Below, in pieces: positions 11,775-21,386 of a stretch of DNA of 64,000 bases. Position 1 is the first letter of the stretch. Each line of letters begins with the position of its first letter. Source of the DNA: Acidimicrobiia bacterium (lineage in GTDB: Bacteria > Actinomycetota > Acidimicrobiia > Spongiisociales > ZC4RG35); NCBI GenBank assembly GCA_965203555.1, contig CBDBCY010000004.1, positions 928,001-992,000 on the forward strand. The letters run 5' to 3'. The notes below the pieces were generated by a model. That model did not search any database. It saw nothing but the letters and a program-made list of their open reading frames with translations, and was not told the DNA's origin. The position numbers and the translations under genes are program-made.

Positions 11775-12617
11775 ATGCCAAGACTGCGTTTCCGGCGCCT
11801 TCGGGAAAGGAAGGGAGGTTGCCGGGCGCGACGCATCCTCCTGCCGGCCCTGATCGTTTTCGTTCTTCTCCTGCTTGGCGCTTGTGGAGGAAACGATGAG
11901 CCGCTCAACACCCCGCAAACGTCCGACACCTCTGCCGTCGCCCCCAAACCGGCATCTGCCGCCGAGGCCACCGATCAAGCGATGGACAACGCCCAGTCGG
12001 GCGCTGCTTCTTCAAGGGATGGGAGAATGCCCGACAACGGCATCACCCTGAAGGCTTCCGTGGCGGACAACGTCGATGAGGCCTGCGTCGGGGCCAAAGA
12101 GATAACAGTCGAACCCGACGCTCTTCTGTTCTTCTGCGTGCAGGTGGCCAACCAGGGCAGGATCCCACTAGCCGATGTCGAGATACTGTCCCAGGACCGG
12201 CATCTCGACCTGGGTACGTTCATCATTGCGGACGGTGACTCCACCAGGATCGATCCGGACGGATTGCTGATAGCGACCTTAGTCGAGCCCGTCGTGGACG
12301 GGCGGCTGGCGGGGCAGATAGCCAGGGACGGACTCGAAGTGTTGCTGGAGGCCAGTGCGATTCCGGTGAACGCCGACGGCGTGGAAATGGAGGAGCTCTT
12401 CGCCAATTCCAGAATCCTCGTCCAGGTCCAGGAAGATGACTCCCCAACGGGGTTCAGGACGGCGATGGGTGCAGGCGTCGACACGCTCTTGTCCTACGCA
12501 AACCGCTTCCCGTTGGTGCTGGGCTTCACTGTGCTGCTGCTGCCGGTCCTCGGTTTGGCGGTCGCCACGGTCTGTTGGGTTTGGGGTAGGCGCAAGGCTG
12601 GGAGGGCGCCCACCTAA
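11775..12617 (+). CDS. Lipoprotein paralog with a single copy of the same repeat and a C-terminal TM
   Basis: LLLLGA-C lipobox; EACVGAKEITVEPD..LFFCVQVANQG...RIDPDGLLIATLVE...GRLAGQIARDG matches the repeat. Confidence 0.75.
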   Translation: MPRLRFRRLRERKGGCRARRILLPALIVFVLLLLGACGGNDEPLNTPQTSDTSAVAPKPASAAEATDQAMDNAQSGAASSRDGRMPDNGITLKASVADNVDEACVGAKEITVEPDALLFFCVQVANQGRIPLADVEILSQDRHLDLGTFIIADGDSTRIDPDGLLIATLVEPVVDGRLAGQIARDGLEVLLEASAIPVNADGVEMEELFANSRILVQVQEDDSPTGFRTAMGAGVDTLLSYANRFPLVLGFTVLLLPVLGLAVATVCWVWGRRKAGRAPT

Positions 12618-12783
12618 CTGCTCAACGATTGCCGGGCTATGCCAATCAGAGTCAAGTGATCGCGATGCAGGGACCACATCGGTCCCCCACCTCGGATACC
12701 ACCTGCGTCTTGACGCCACCTGTGACAATAGGACCCAACGTTATTATCGTTTTGGCAACAAAACAATAATACTTGAGGTTCTT

Positions 12784-13965
12784 ATGGTCGTCCACGGCAA
12801 AAGACAACAACAATGGACAGCCGGAGTGACCAGAAGAACACTGCAGGGATATCGGGCGTTCTTTCCTGCAGCCTTGCCCGTTTCTCTCGACTATCCACAA
12901 CAGACAGTGAGAAAACTGGTGAACGCAACCGCGGCGCTCCACCGCTTGGAGGGTGTGGCGCAGGTACTTACATCGATTGAGATGCTCACTTCACCTTACA
13001 TTCGACTTGAAGCCGTCCTTAGTTCTCGGATCGAGGGAACCGTAACCACCGTTAACCAACTGCTTGAGTTCGAGGCAGCCGGCAACGTCAAGGCTTCCGA
13101 TGATCTCAGGGAGGTACTCAACCACGTCCGCGCCCTTGAACACGCCGTTCGTCGCCTGGTAGAGCTACCCGTCAGTACTCGGTTGATTCGGGAGTGTCAC
13201 CGCATATTGATGCAGGATGCGCGCGGCCACCACGCTACACCCGGTGACTATCGGACAACCCGGAATTGGATCGGCCGATTGGGCGCAACCTTGGAGACCG
13301 CCAGTTTCGTTCCACCACCGCCGTCGGAAGCAAAGGCTGCAATGGGCGAACTGGAGATCTTTCTTCACGACCGACAGTTGCCCGACCTGATCGCCATAGG
13401 CTTGGCGCACTACCAATTTGAGGTCATCCACCCCTTTGCAGACGGCAATGGTCGAATTGGGAGGCTGCTGCTCATTCTCATGTTGATCGAGAGGGGGATT
13501 CTGAGCCGTCCGGTGCTCTACCCCTCAGTTTTTTTCGAATAGCGCCGTGAGGACTATTACCGGCTCCTGGGACACACCAGCCAGACTTCCGACCCCTTTC
13601 CCTGGCTCAACTTCTTTCTCGATGGGCTGGCAGCGGTGGCTCGCGATGCTGCCAAAAGGGCTGAACGCCTTGTCGAACTCCAGCAAGACATTCGTGGGCA
13701 ACTCCTCGACGCACGGGCAACCTCAACAGCTCTCAGATTGGCTGAAATGTTGTACGCCCATCCCTTCACCAGCGTGGGGGGCGCCGCACACCGTCTCGGA
13801 GTCTCCTACGCCACTGCGCAGCGAGCCATAGACAACCTAACCGACGCCGGTCTCTTGGAGGAGATCACTGGCCGGCGTCGCAACCGCCTATACGCGGCGG
13901 AGAAGATACTCCACATCGCATTCAGCTTCGGCGACTTTCCCGTCGAGGACGATCAGGCATTCTGA
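12784..13965 (+). pseudogene. Fic family protein (Fic_N + Fic + C-terminal HTH) with an in-frame TAG at 13540-13542
   Basis: EAVLSSRIEGT and an intact HPFADGNGRIGR motif. The frame continues after the TAG (FFE*RREDYYRLL...) into the 13636..13965 HTH ORF. Confidence 0.85.
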
Positions 13966-14017
13966 ATCAGATGTAGGCGCAATGATCAACCTCGTGGGAA
14001 TGGCAGCAACTTTGCGA

Positions 14018-14896
14018 TCAGCCCACGACCAGGGGAACAATTTCCGATACCGGGTAGTCGACGGTGGACGAGGTATTTGGGATGCCGAGATTCCTTCGCC
14101 GGCTCCCCACCCGATACCAGCCCGACCACCTGAACGATGTCTCGATCCGGTAGGCGCCGATCTCGGCCCGGCACCGGGGCTTTGACTCCTCACAGCTCTT
14201 GGCCTGGTAGGTATGGCTCGCTACCCCGCTCGGATAGCCGGTGAGACCTGACAGATCCGAGCCGCGAAACCTCTGTCGGGGGCCGTCATCCCAGGCGATC
14301 ATCACCTCACGAACCCTGACCTCCGCCCAGAGCGACCTTCCCGTGTAAGGAGAGGTGGAAGAGTAGGTCCAAGGGGAAGGAACGTCCAATGCGGCAAACG
14401 TTTCAATCCCGACCATCCCCCGCGAAACGGGCGGATCGAGGGACACTTGGGGAGATTGATGGGTGTAGGCGCCGATCCTGCTCCACACATAGCCCTCGAT
14501 CTCCTCGGCCTCCACCCTTGTCCAGGAGCAAGGTCGAGCCGTACCGATCACGGTGTGCCCGCCCGGCCTCCCGTCAGGCGACCATCCGTACTCGAGTTGA
14601 CCGTCCTCGGTGTAGTCCAGTCTTACCCATCGGGTGGGCCGACTGCCGAAATAGAAGCACCCATTGGAGGCGATCTGCAAATGGGAAACGCCGGAGTCCC
14701 CCGAAATGGAGTACCCCGTCTCGGTGTGAATGCATTCGGTCACGGGTTCGAGTTCGTCTCCATTGAGCGGCATTTCAAAACTCACCGTGCAAACCGCCTC
14801 CGAGTAGGAACGGGAGTCGGCCAGGCCGGGTACCGCAACCGACAGCACCGCCAGGAAGGCGATCCCCATCCTCCCCCATCCACGGCTTCTCCTCAC
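14018..14896 (-). CDS. Secreted hypothetical protein, beta-rich with a PKD-like C-terminus
   Basis: Signal peptide; GMVGIETF..., WDDG, HTYQAKS, FRWSGWY, VSEIVPLV; start overlaps the stop of the upstream lipoprotein gene. Confidence 0.6.
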   Translation of the reverse strand: MRRSRGWGRMGIAFLAVLSVAVPGLADSRSYSEAVCTVSFEMPLNGDELEPVTECIHTETGYSISGDSGVSHLQIASNGCFYFGSRPTRWVRLDYTEDGQLEYGWSPDGRPGGHTVIGTARPCSWTRVEAEEIEGYVWSRIGAYTHQSPQVSLDPPVSRGMVGIETFAALDVPSPWTYSSTSPYTGRSLWAEVRVREVMIAWDDGPRQRFRGSDLSGLTGYPSGVASHTYQAKSCEESKPRCRAEIGAYRIETSFRWSGWYRVGSRRRNLGIPNTSSTVDYPVSEIVPLVVG

Positions 14897-15780
14897 GGGA
14901 ATTCAGGTCTCTCCGCAACAAAGCAGTTCTCCCACCACATTCCATAGATGATGGGCCACCCAAAAGAGACGTTTCGACGCCATCCATACTGCGGGTGAGG
15001 CCACAAGATCGTTATCCGTTCAATAAGACCGCTCTCTCGAAAAGAACTGATGTCCATCTGGTAGGCCGCCACCAGACAGTCGGGACGGTCGATATACAGT
15101 TCCAGGACCTCGACCTTCACGCCCTCCAAGGTCGGCGGAGCAATGAAGGTCATCCCCTCCATAGCCGTCAAACCTCTCTCGAATGCACGCTCTCTGGTCA
15201 CCGCTTCCCAGAGTGCCTCGGGATCTTTGCGATAGATACCGTCGTACCACTTGAAATAGACCTTTCTCAGCTGTTCTGCGGCGTAGAGCATCCGTTCGGG
15301 ATCATCCACCGGCGGGGTTGCGGGATCGGGCAACCCAAGATCCTCCCAGTAGTCATTGGCCATAACGGCGCCGGGCTCCGTAATCAGCCGCCCTTCCGCC
15401 TCCTGCGTCGTAGTAACGGCAATTGCTTCAACAGGCGCCTCGGAGAGTTTCTCGTTTGCCGTCAACGGATTCGATCCGGTTGAGGTCGCCGACGGACCGG
15501 CCGGGATGGTTGTCGGCACGGTCGGAGAGGCGATTGTGTTGACCGCCGCAGTGGTTACTGTTTCGACGATATTGGTGGTGACGATGTTGCCGGACACCGC
15601 CTCCTCCACAATGGAAGTGTCATCTCCGGGTCTGTCCTGGGTCCCGGAGGTTGAGGCGGGGACGGTGGATGTCCACTCGGGCCCGGAGGGAGAATCCGAA
15701 CTCCCACATCCACTGACCACCATGGCTGACAGTCCTCCTGCCATAAGTGCGGTTGTCAGCCGCTTCGTCCCAGCCTTCAT
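14893..15780 (-). CDS. Lipoprotein with Thr/Ser-rich linker, function unknown
   Basis: VVSG-C lipobox, low-complexity linker, globular C-terminal domain; SD GAGGAGG upstream. Confidence 0.7.
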   Translation of the reverse strand: MKAGTKRLTTALMAGGLSAMVVSGCGSSDSPSGPEWTSTVPASTSGTQDRPGDDTSIVEEAVSGNIVTTNIVETVTTAAVNTIASPTVPTTIPAGPSATSTGSNPLTANEKLSEAPVEAIAVTTTQEAEGRLITEPGAVMANDYWEDLGLPDPATPPVDDPERMLYAAEQLRKVYFKWYDGIYRKDPEALWEAVTRERAFERGLTAMEGMTFIAPPTLEGVKVEVLELYIDRPDCLVAAYQMDISSFRESGLIERITILWPHPQYGWRRNVSFGWPIIYGMWWENCFVAERPEFP

Positions 15781-15899
15781 GTGCCCTCCTCTCTGGTGGT
15801 GAAATAGAAATCTAACTGGATGTTGTCATTCTGTAATCACTATAACTATGGCGTTATATCGCGATCTTTTGTAAAAAATCGCGACTCAGTTGAAGGAGC

Positions 15900-17357
15900 T
15901 CAGTTTTCAGCCATCTGCGAAGCCAGTTGCACCAGGGTTCTCACTCCGAATCCGGTGGCACCCTCCGACAGGTAGTGGGCAGCTTTGCTGTTCTTGGCCG
16001 GCCCCGGAATATCCAGATGGGCCCACGGGAGATCGGAGGTGAACTCCTTCAGGATCAGCGCGGCGGTGATGGCCCCCGCCCACCGCCCACCGATATTTTT
16101 CATGTCGGCGACCGGAGAGTCAATCAGCTTGCGGTACTCCGGCGGAAGCGGCAGCGGCCAGACCTTCTCGCCTGCTGCTTCGGCTGCTTCCTGCACTGCC
16201 CGGCGAGCTTCCTCGGAGCCGAACAACCCCGCCCACTCCAGGCCCAACGCAACGGCGCAGGCACCGGTGAGAGTCGCCACATCGACCATCAGATCGGGTT
16301 CTCCCTCGGCGGCCAGGCTCAGCGCATCCGCCAGCACCAGCCGACCCTCGGCGTCGGTGTTCATCACCTCCACCGTCTTCCCGTTGCGAGCGGTGAAGAC
16401 ATCCCCCGGGCGGGATGCTCCCCCACCCGGCATGTTCTCGGCCAGGGCGGCCAGGACTTCCACCTGCACACCCAGGCCCAGGCGACTGATCGCCACCCCG
16501 GCCGCAGCCACCGCCGCCGCCCCTGACATGTCGTACTTCATAAACTCCATGCTCTTGGCTGGCTTGAGGGAAAGTCCGCCCGAATCGAAAGTGATACCCT
16601 TTCCCACCAGCGACAGTCGAGGACCCTCGCCCGGTCCCAAGAGCCTGACCAGGCGAGGCGGACGGTGAGATCCCCGACCGACGAAGAGAATCCCTTCCAT
16701 TCCTTCTTCTTCCAGGCGCTCCTCATCCCATATTTCCACTGTCATCCCCGCCTCGGACGCCGCCGCCGACATCAGAGCCGCCAGATCAGCCGGTCCCTGG
16801 TCAAGGGCAGGTTGGTTGATCCAGTCCCGCGCGGCCGCTACCGCCTCGGCCACTATCCTGGATCGTTCGACCTGTCCGGTCCAATCCGGTGGGACGGGAG
16901 CTGCCATTAGCACCTCGGGCAGAGGGTCCTCGGAGGGCTTGCTCCGGTAGGCGTCGTACCGGTAGCCGGCCAGAAGGGACCCCTCCACTGTGGCGGCCAA
17001 AGCCCCGGGCGTCGCCAACTGATGAAGAGTGGTGACCAGGCGCTCCGTTCGCGGAGCGGCCCGCAGACCGCTTGCTGAAGCCCGGCGCACTGTCTCGTGG
17101 TCCGGGTCATCGCCTATGCCTACCAAAACAACGAAGGCGTATGAAAGCGCTCCGGCCGTCGGAAGGACCGCCTGTTGGCCCGCCTCTCCGGAGAACCCCA
17201 CAGCTTCCAGGTGATCATCCACCCATGAGCCAAGTCCATCAAGTACGTATTGGGCGCCCGGCCCGGGCCGGCGATCAGATTTCATCGGAACCACCAGCAC
17301 CGGCGCCTCTCCGTCTGCGACGGCTGCCGCCGAACCAATATGTGGAAGTTTTGTCAT
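15900..17357 (-). CDS. pepA: Leucyl aminopeptidase (M17)
   Basis: VGKGITFDSGG, MKYDMSG, NTDAEGRLVLAD, ATLTGA, WAHLDI. Confidence 0.95.
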   Translation of the reverse strand: MTKLPHIGSAAAVADGEAPVLVVPMKSDRRPGPGAQYVLDGLGSWVDDHLEAVGFSGEAGQQAVLPTAGALSYAFVVLVGIGDDPDHETVRRASASGLRAAPRTERLVTTLHQLATPGALAATVEGSLLAGYRYDAYRSKPSEDPLPEVLMAAPVPPDWTGQVERSRIVAEAVAAARDWINQPALDQGPADLAALMSAAASEAGMTVEIWDEERLEEEGMEGILFVGRGSHRPPRLVRLLGPGEGPRLSLVGKGITFDSGGLSLKPAKSMEFMKYDMSGAAAVAAAGVAISRLGLGVQVEVLAALAENMPGGGASRPGDVFTARNGKTVEVMNTDAEGRLVLADALSLAAEGEPDLMVDVATLTGACAVALGLEWAGLFGSEEARRAVQEAAEAAGEKVWPLPLPPEYRKLIDSPVADMKNIGGRWAGAITAALILKEFTSDLPWAHLDIPGPAKNSKAAHYLSEGATGFGVRTLVQLASQMAEN

Positions 17358-17415
17358 ACGCTCACCTTACTCTTTTTTCCGTGCCGGTTGTGTGACTGTT
17401 CTGACCGGACAGCGA

Positions 17416-18609
17416 CTAACCGTACACCATCTGTTTGAGCCACCCACGGAGGGGACGCCAGGCCACCGCGGCCACCGCGGCTATGGCTGCAATCAGCAGA
17501 AAGGAGGAGCGAGGGCCGACTAGCCCGGTCATCAGGGATGCGGTGGGCGGTCCGATGACCTGGGAGACGCGGACTCCCGCCACCCAGGTGAGCACCACCA
17601 GCCCCCGATAGGTAATCGAAGCGGATGCAATGGCATCCCGCTGCGCCAAGGTCACCACCAGCCCGAACCCCGCTCCCGCCAGCGCCAGGCCCACAGAGAC
17701 CATGGCTGCAAACCCCGCCGAAAAGACCACCATCAGACCGATCGACATCAGCCAGAGACCGACCGTCATCAACCGGCTCGATATCCGTCCCTTGATGAAC
17801 CGCAAAACACCCAAAGCCGTGACTATGGCCCCGGCCTGGAAAGCGGAGACCACCAGGCCCCTTCCGGCGCTGCCGGTGCCGAATGCGTCATCCAGGATCA
17901 GGGGAACCGCCGTCATCGAGGCGCCTGCGTTCACCATTACCCCCAAGCCGGTGACAGCCATGAGGCCCAGCAGATCCACACCGGTCCGCCTCCGATGCAT
18001 GTCCTCCCGAGCCGATCGGACATGACGCAGGGGAGAGGAAGCCGCCCCCTTGGGCCGACCCGCCTTCAACCGCAGGGCCCACAACCCGATGGGCGCCCCA
18101 GCCAGATAGATGAGAAAAGGACGGAAAGCGCCCCCTTCCGCAATGATGCCCGACAGAGCCGGCATGACCATCTGCACCATGAAGACGAACGCAAGGTTCA
18201 TTCCCAAAAAGCGCATCCGGTCCTTTTCGTCCTCGAAGAGTTCGCCGATCAACGCGATGGAAAGGCCCATGAGCCCAGGAGTTCCCAGACCCTGCAGCAG
18301 CCGCAGACCGATCAACATCGGAAAGGAACTGGCAAAGAAGCCGGCCGCGCCGAACAGCGTGAACGTCGCCACGCAAACCACCACCACTCGCCTCCCCCCA
18401 AAACGATCAGCCAGGTAGCCGACCAGCACGGCGGTCAGGATCCCGGGAAAGGAGACCGCGCCCTGGACCCATCCAACCACGGTGACCGACACCCCCAGGG
18501 CCTCGGCCAACTCGGGAAGAGCCGGAGACAGAGCCGGCAGTGTGGTAGTGGTCAGGCAACTGACCGAAACCAGGAGGGCAAATTGCTCTTTCCGAGTCCT
18601 CAGGCTCAT
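17416..18609 (-). CDS. MFS transporter
   Basis: About 12 TM helices; motif A GYLADRFGGRR; LRLLQGLG. Confidence 0.9.
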   Translation of the reverse strand: MSLRTRKEQFALLVSVSCLTTTTLPALSPALPELAEALGVSVTVVGWVQGAVSFPGILTAVLVGYLADRFGGRRVVVVCVATFTLFGAAGFFASSFPMLIGLRLLQGLGTPGLMGLSIALIGELFEDEKDRMRFLGMNLAFVFMVQMVMPALSGIIAEGGAFRPFLIYLAGAPIGLWALRLKAGRPKGAASSPLRHVRSAREDMHRRRTGVDLLGLMAVTGLGVMVNAGASMTAVPLILDDAFGTGSAGRGLVVSAFQAGAIVTALGVLRFIKGRISSRLMTVGLWLMSIGLMVVFSAGFAAMVSVGLALAGAGFGLVVTLAQRDAIASASITYRGLVVLTWVAGVRVSQVIGPPTASLMTGLVGPRSSFLLIAAIAAVAAVAWRPLRGWLKQMVYG

Positions 18610-19535
18610 GTAAGACCCGAGCGAACCGGGCGCATGTTCACATCACCCGCAATGTTGGCGGCAACTCCCAGGGTGAGCAGAGCCAATCCCGATACGACTC
18701 CCAGTGTGAGTTGCTCATCCACCAACCACCACGAGGACAGCAGTCCCACCACGGGGGTAGCCATCAAGGACAGGTTGACTGAAATGGCCGGAAGGCGACG
18801 AAAGGCCTCCAACTGCCCCCACACCGCCACCGGAGTGGCCAGGGTTGTCTGGTACGCCACGATCAACACCACCCCCCAGGTCCACCGGATGTCAGGGATC
18901 CCCTCAACAATCACAGCCGCCACCAGAGCAGGAATCCCACCCGCCAGCAATTGCCAGGGAGTGGACGCCAGGGCGCTGGCGCCCCACTTGTGAGCCCGGA
19001 TGTAAACGGAAGTCCACGCCACAGACAGAGCGGCGCCCATCAACATGACGTAGCCCCAGATGATCCTGGGCTCGGACGCACTTATGGTCCCGGGATCCAA
19101 GACCATCACCAGTCCCGCCATCCCCACCGTCAATCCGGCCACCTGCATCCCTGACATCCTCTCTTTCAGAAAGACCATGGCGATCGGGACAGTCCACAGG
19201 GTGCCGGTCCAAACCAGGATGCCGGACCTACCGGGAGGAAGAAACTGAAGGGCGTAAAAGACCAGCACATAGATGACTCCCAACCGAAGAATGCCCAGTA
19301 TGGGAACGATCTTCCAGTCCTGGCGAGGAAAGGGAGCTCCCTGTCCGGCCAGCGCGTTCATAGCGAATCCCACCGCCGCCCCACCCCAGAAGCGAAAAGT
19401 CGCCAACCACAGGGGCGGGATGACGTCCACCCCCATGGCGATTACGGGCCAGTTGAAGCCCAGGCTGAGCACGACCGAACCCAAAAGCAAGTAATAGAAA
19501 AGCCGGGACGCCGAAGGTGAGGTGGCACTCAGCAT
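18606..19535 (-). CDS. DMT/EamA family transporter
   Basis: About 10 TM helices; GFNWP, PPLWLATFRF, FLKER, WQLLAGG; start chosen at ATG 19535. Confidence 0.88.
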   Translation of the reverse strand: MLSATSPSASRLFYYLLLGSVVLSLGFNWPVIAMGVDVIPPLWLATFRFWGGAAVGFAMNALAGQGAPFPRQDWKIVPILGILRLGVIYVLVFYALQFLPPGRSGILVWTGTLWTVPIAMVFLKERMSGMQVAGLTVGMAGLVMVLDPGTISASEPRIIWGYVMLMGAALSVAWTSVYIRAHKWGASALASTPWQLLAGGIPALVAAVIVEGIPDIRWTWGVVLIVAYQTTLATPVAVWGQLEAFRRLPAISVNLSLMATPVVGLLSSWWLVDEQLTLGVVSGLALLTLGVAANIAGDVNMRPVRSGLT

Positions 19536-19647
19536 CACCGGCGGACTCTCATCCAGATTACGATAGACACCCCGGCCTGACCGCCGCGAAAACCCACATC
19601 CGGGATGAGACGCCATAAGACCCCGGACACGGTACGGATCTCGGCGG

Positions 19648-19947
19648 GTGAACGGCGACCCTGATTCTTGTGCCCTCTCTTACCAGACCGGGCTCAGGAC
19701 TATCGATCAGCAGGTGGCCACTATCGAGGAGACTCGAGATCGAGCCGGGAAACTGCTTTCGGCCGCCACATTTGCAGTAAGCCTCTATCTCATCGCCCTG
19801 CAGAACTTCCGTGACGAGATCAACAACATCGACGCGCCGGGATACGTCGGAGGGGGCCTGGCAATAACAGGTTTCTTAGGCGTGGTAGTTGCGCTTGGAA
19901 CGCAATCCTTGCTGGATTGCCCGCAAACGTCGATTACCCGGCTTCCC
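19648..19947 (+). pseudogene. Fragment of a small 2-TM membrane protein
   Basis: A coiled N-terminus (RTIDQQVATIEETRDRAGKLLSAATF) and two hydrophobic segments, after which the ORF runs antisense into the MFS gene without its own stop. Confidence 0.3.
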
Positions 19948-21141
19948 TCACGAATAGACCAGCCTGCGCAGCCACCTCCGGAGAGGGCGCCAAGTCACGG
20001 CGGCGAGGGCGGTGATCAGCGCGGTGATCAGAAATGACGATCGAGGACCTACTACATCGGTGACAAGCGATGCAGCGGGAGGCCCGACCATTTGAGCGAT
20101 CCTCACTCCCGTCACCAAGGTCAGAAACACCAGTCCCCGATAGGCCAGGGAAACCGAGGCAATGGCGTCCCGCTGCGCCAGGGTGTAAACCAGCCCGAAC
20201 CCCGCGCCGCTGGCCCCCAGACCCGCGGCCACCACCGCAGGAGAACCCGCCGCGAACACCAGGGCAAGGCCGATGGACATCAACCAGATGCCAACGCTCA
20301 TCACCCGACCGGATATCCGTCCCGAAAACATCCGCACCACCACCAGGGTGGTAACTATGGCGCCCACCTGGAAGGCTGAGATCACCACCCCCCGCAGGGC
20401 GCTCCCCGTTCCGAACACCTCCTCCAGGAGCAATGGAATGGCAGTGAACGAAATCCCGTGGAGCACCACCATGGACAGGATGCTCACGGCTATCAATCCC
20501 AACGTATCCACTCCGGTTTGGCGACGGTGCATGTCTTGGCGAGCCTCCCGGGCGTGCCGGAAGGGAGAAGAGGCGGTTCCCTTGGGCCGTCCAATCGCCA
20601 ACCGGAGCGACCAGATACCGATGGGTACTCCCAGCAGGTAGAGCAGAAAAGGGCGAAAGACACCACCTGCGGCCAGGACACCCGAAGCGACGGGAATGAC
20701 CATCTGGATTATGTAGATCATGGCAAGGTTCAGCGCCAGCGCCCGGGTACGGTCCCTCTCGTCTTCCATCAGTTCGCCGATCAAAGCGATTGCCAACCCC
20801 AGAATCCCCGAGGTTCCCAATCCCTGCAACATCCGCAGCCCGAGCAGCACGGCAAAGGAGGAAGCGAAGAAACCCGCCGCCCCGAACACGGTGAAGAAGG
20901 TCAAGCAGGTGAGCACCACCCTCCTCGCTCCGAAACGGTCCGCCAGAAAACCGATCAGAGCCGAACAGAGTATCCCCGGAATCACCGCCGCACCCTGCAC
21001 CCAACCAATCGCGGCGACGGACACTTCCAACGCTTCGGCCAATTCGGGAAGGGCGGGCGGCAGCACGGACAGGTGAGTACTTCCGAAACAACTGAGGGTT
21101 ATCAGCAGAACCAGTTGTTCCCTCCGTGACCTCGGGCTCAT
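19948..21141 (-). CDS. MFS transporter (paralog of 17416..18609)
   Basis: Shared blocks PALPELAEAL, GWVQGA, GAAGFFASSF, AQRDAIAS, WRPLR.W. Confidence 0.9.
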   Translation of the reverse strand: MSPRSRREQLVLLITLSCFGSTHLSVLPPALPELAEALEVSVAAIGWVQGAAVIPGILCSALIGFLADRFGARRVVLTCLTFFTVFGAAGFFASSFAVLLGLRMLQGLGTSGILGLAIALIGELMEDERDRTRALALNLAMIYIIQMVIPVASGVLAAGGVFRPFLLYLLGVPIGIWSLRLAIGRPKGTASSPFRHAREARQDMHRRQTGVDTLGLIAVSILSMVVLHGISFTAIPLLLEEVFGTGSALRGVVISAFQVGAIVTTLVVVRMFSGRISGRVMSVGIWLMSIGLALVFAAGSPAVVAAGLGASGAGFGLVYTLAQRDAIASVSLAYRGLVFLTLVTGVRIAQMVGPPAASLVTDVVGPRSSFLITALITALAAVTWRPLRRWLRRLVYS

Positions 21142-21386
21142 CTCACACCGGACGCCCTCGTCAAACCCATCGCCAAGATCACGCGTCATCTGTCTTCCGG
21201 TAGGCCGGCGTCACCCCGACCATTATCCCGCCGACAAAGCGAGTCGATCAGTCACCGGCAAGCCTTCATCCCGCCCACAATAGACGCCCAGGCCGGAGCC
21301 CGGAAAGCAGTTGCTCACCCTGCGCCTGAAAGTCCCGAAGGCAGCCACCTCGGTAATCTTCCGCGCAAGCAGGTGAAGGATCGCGC

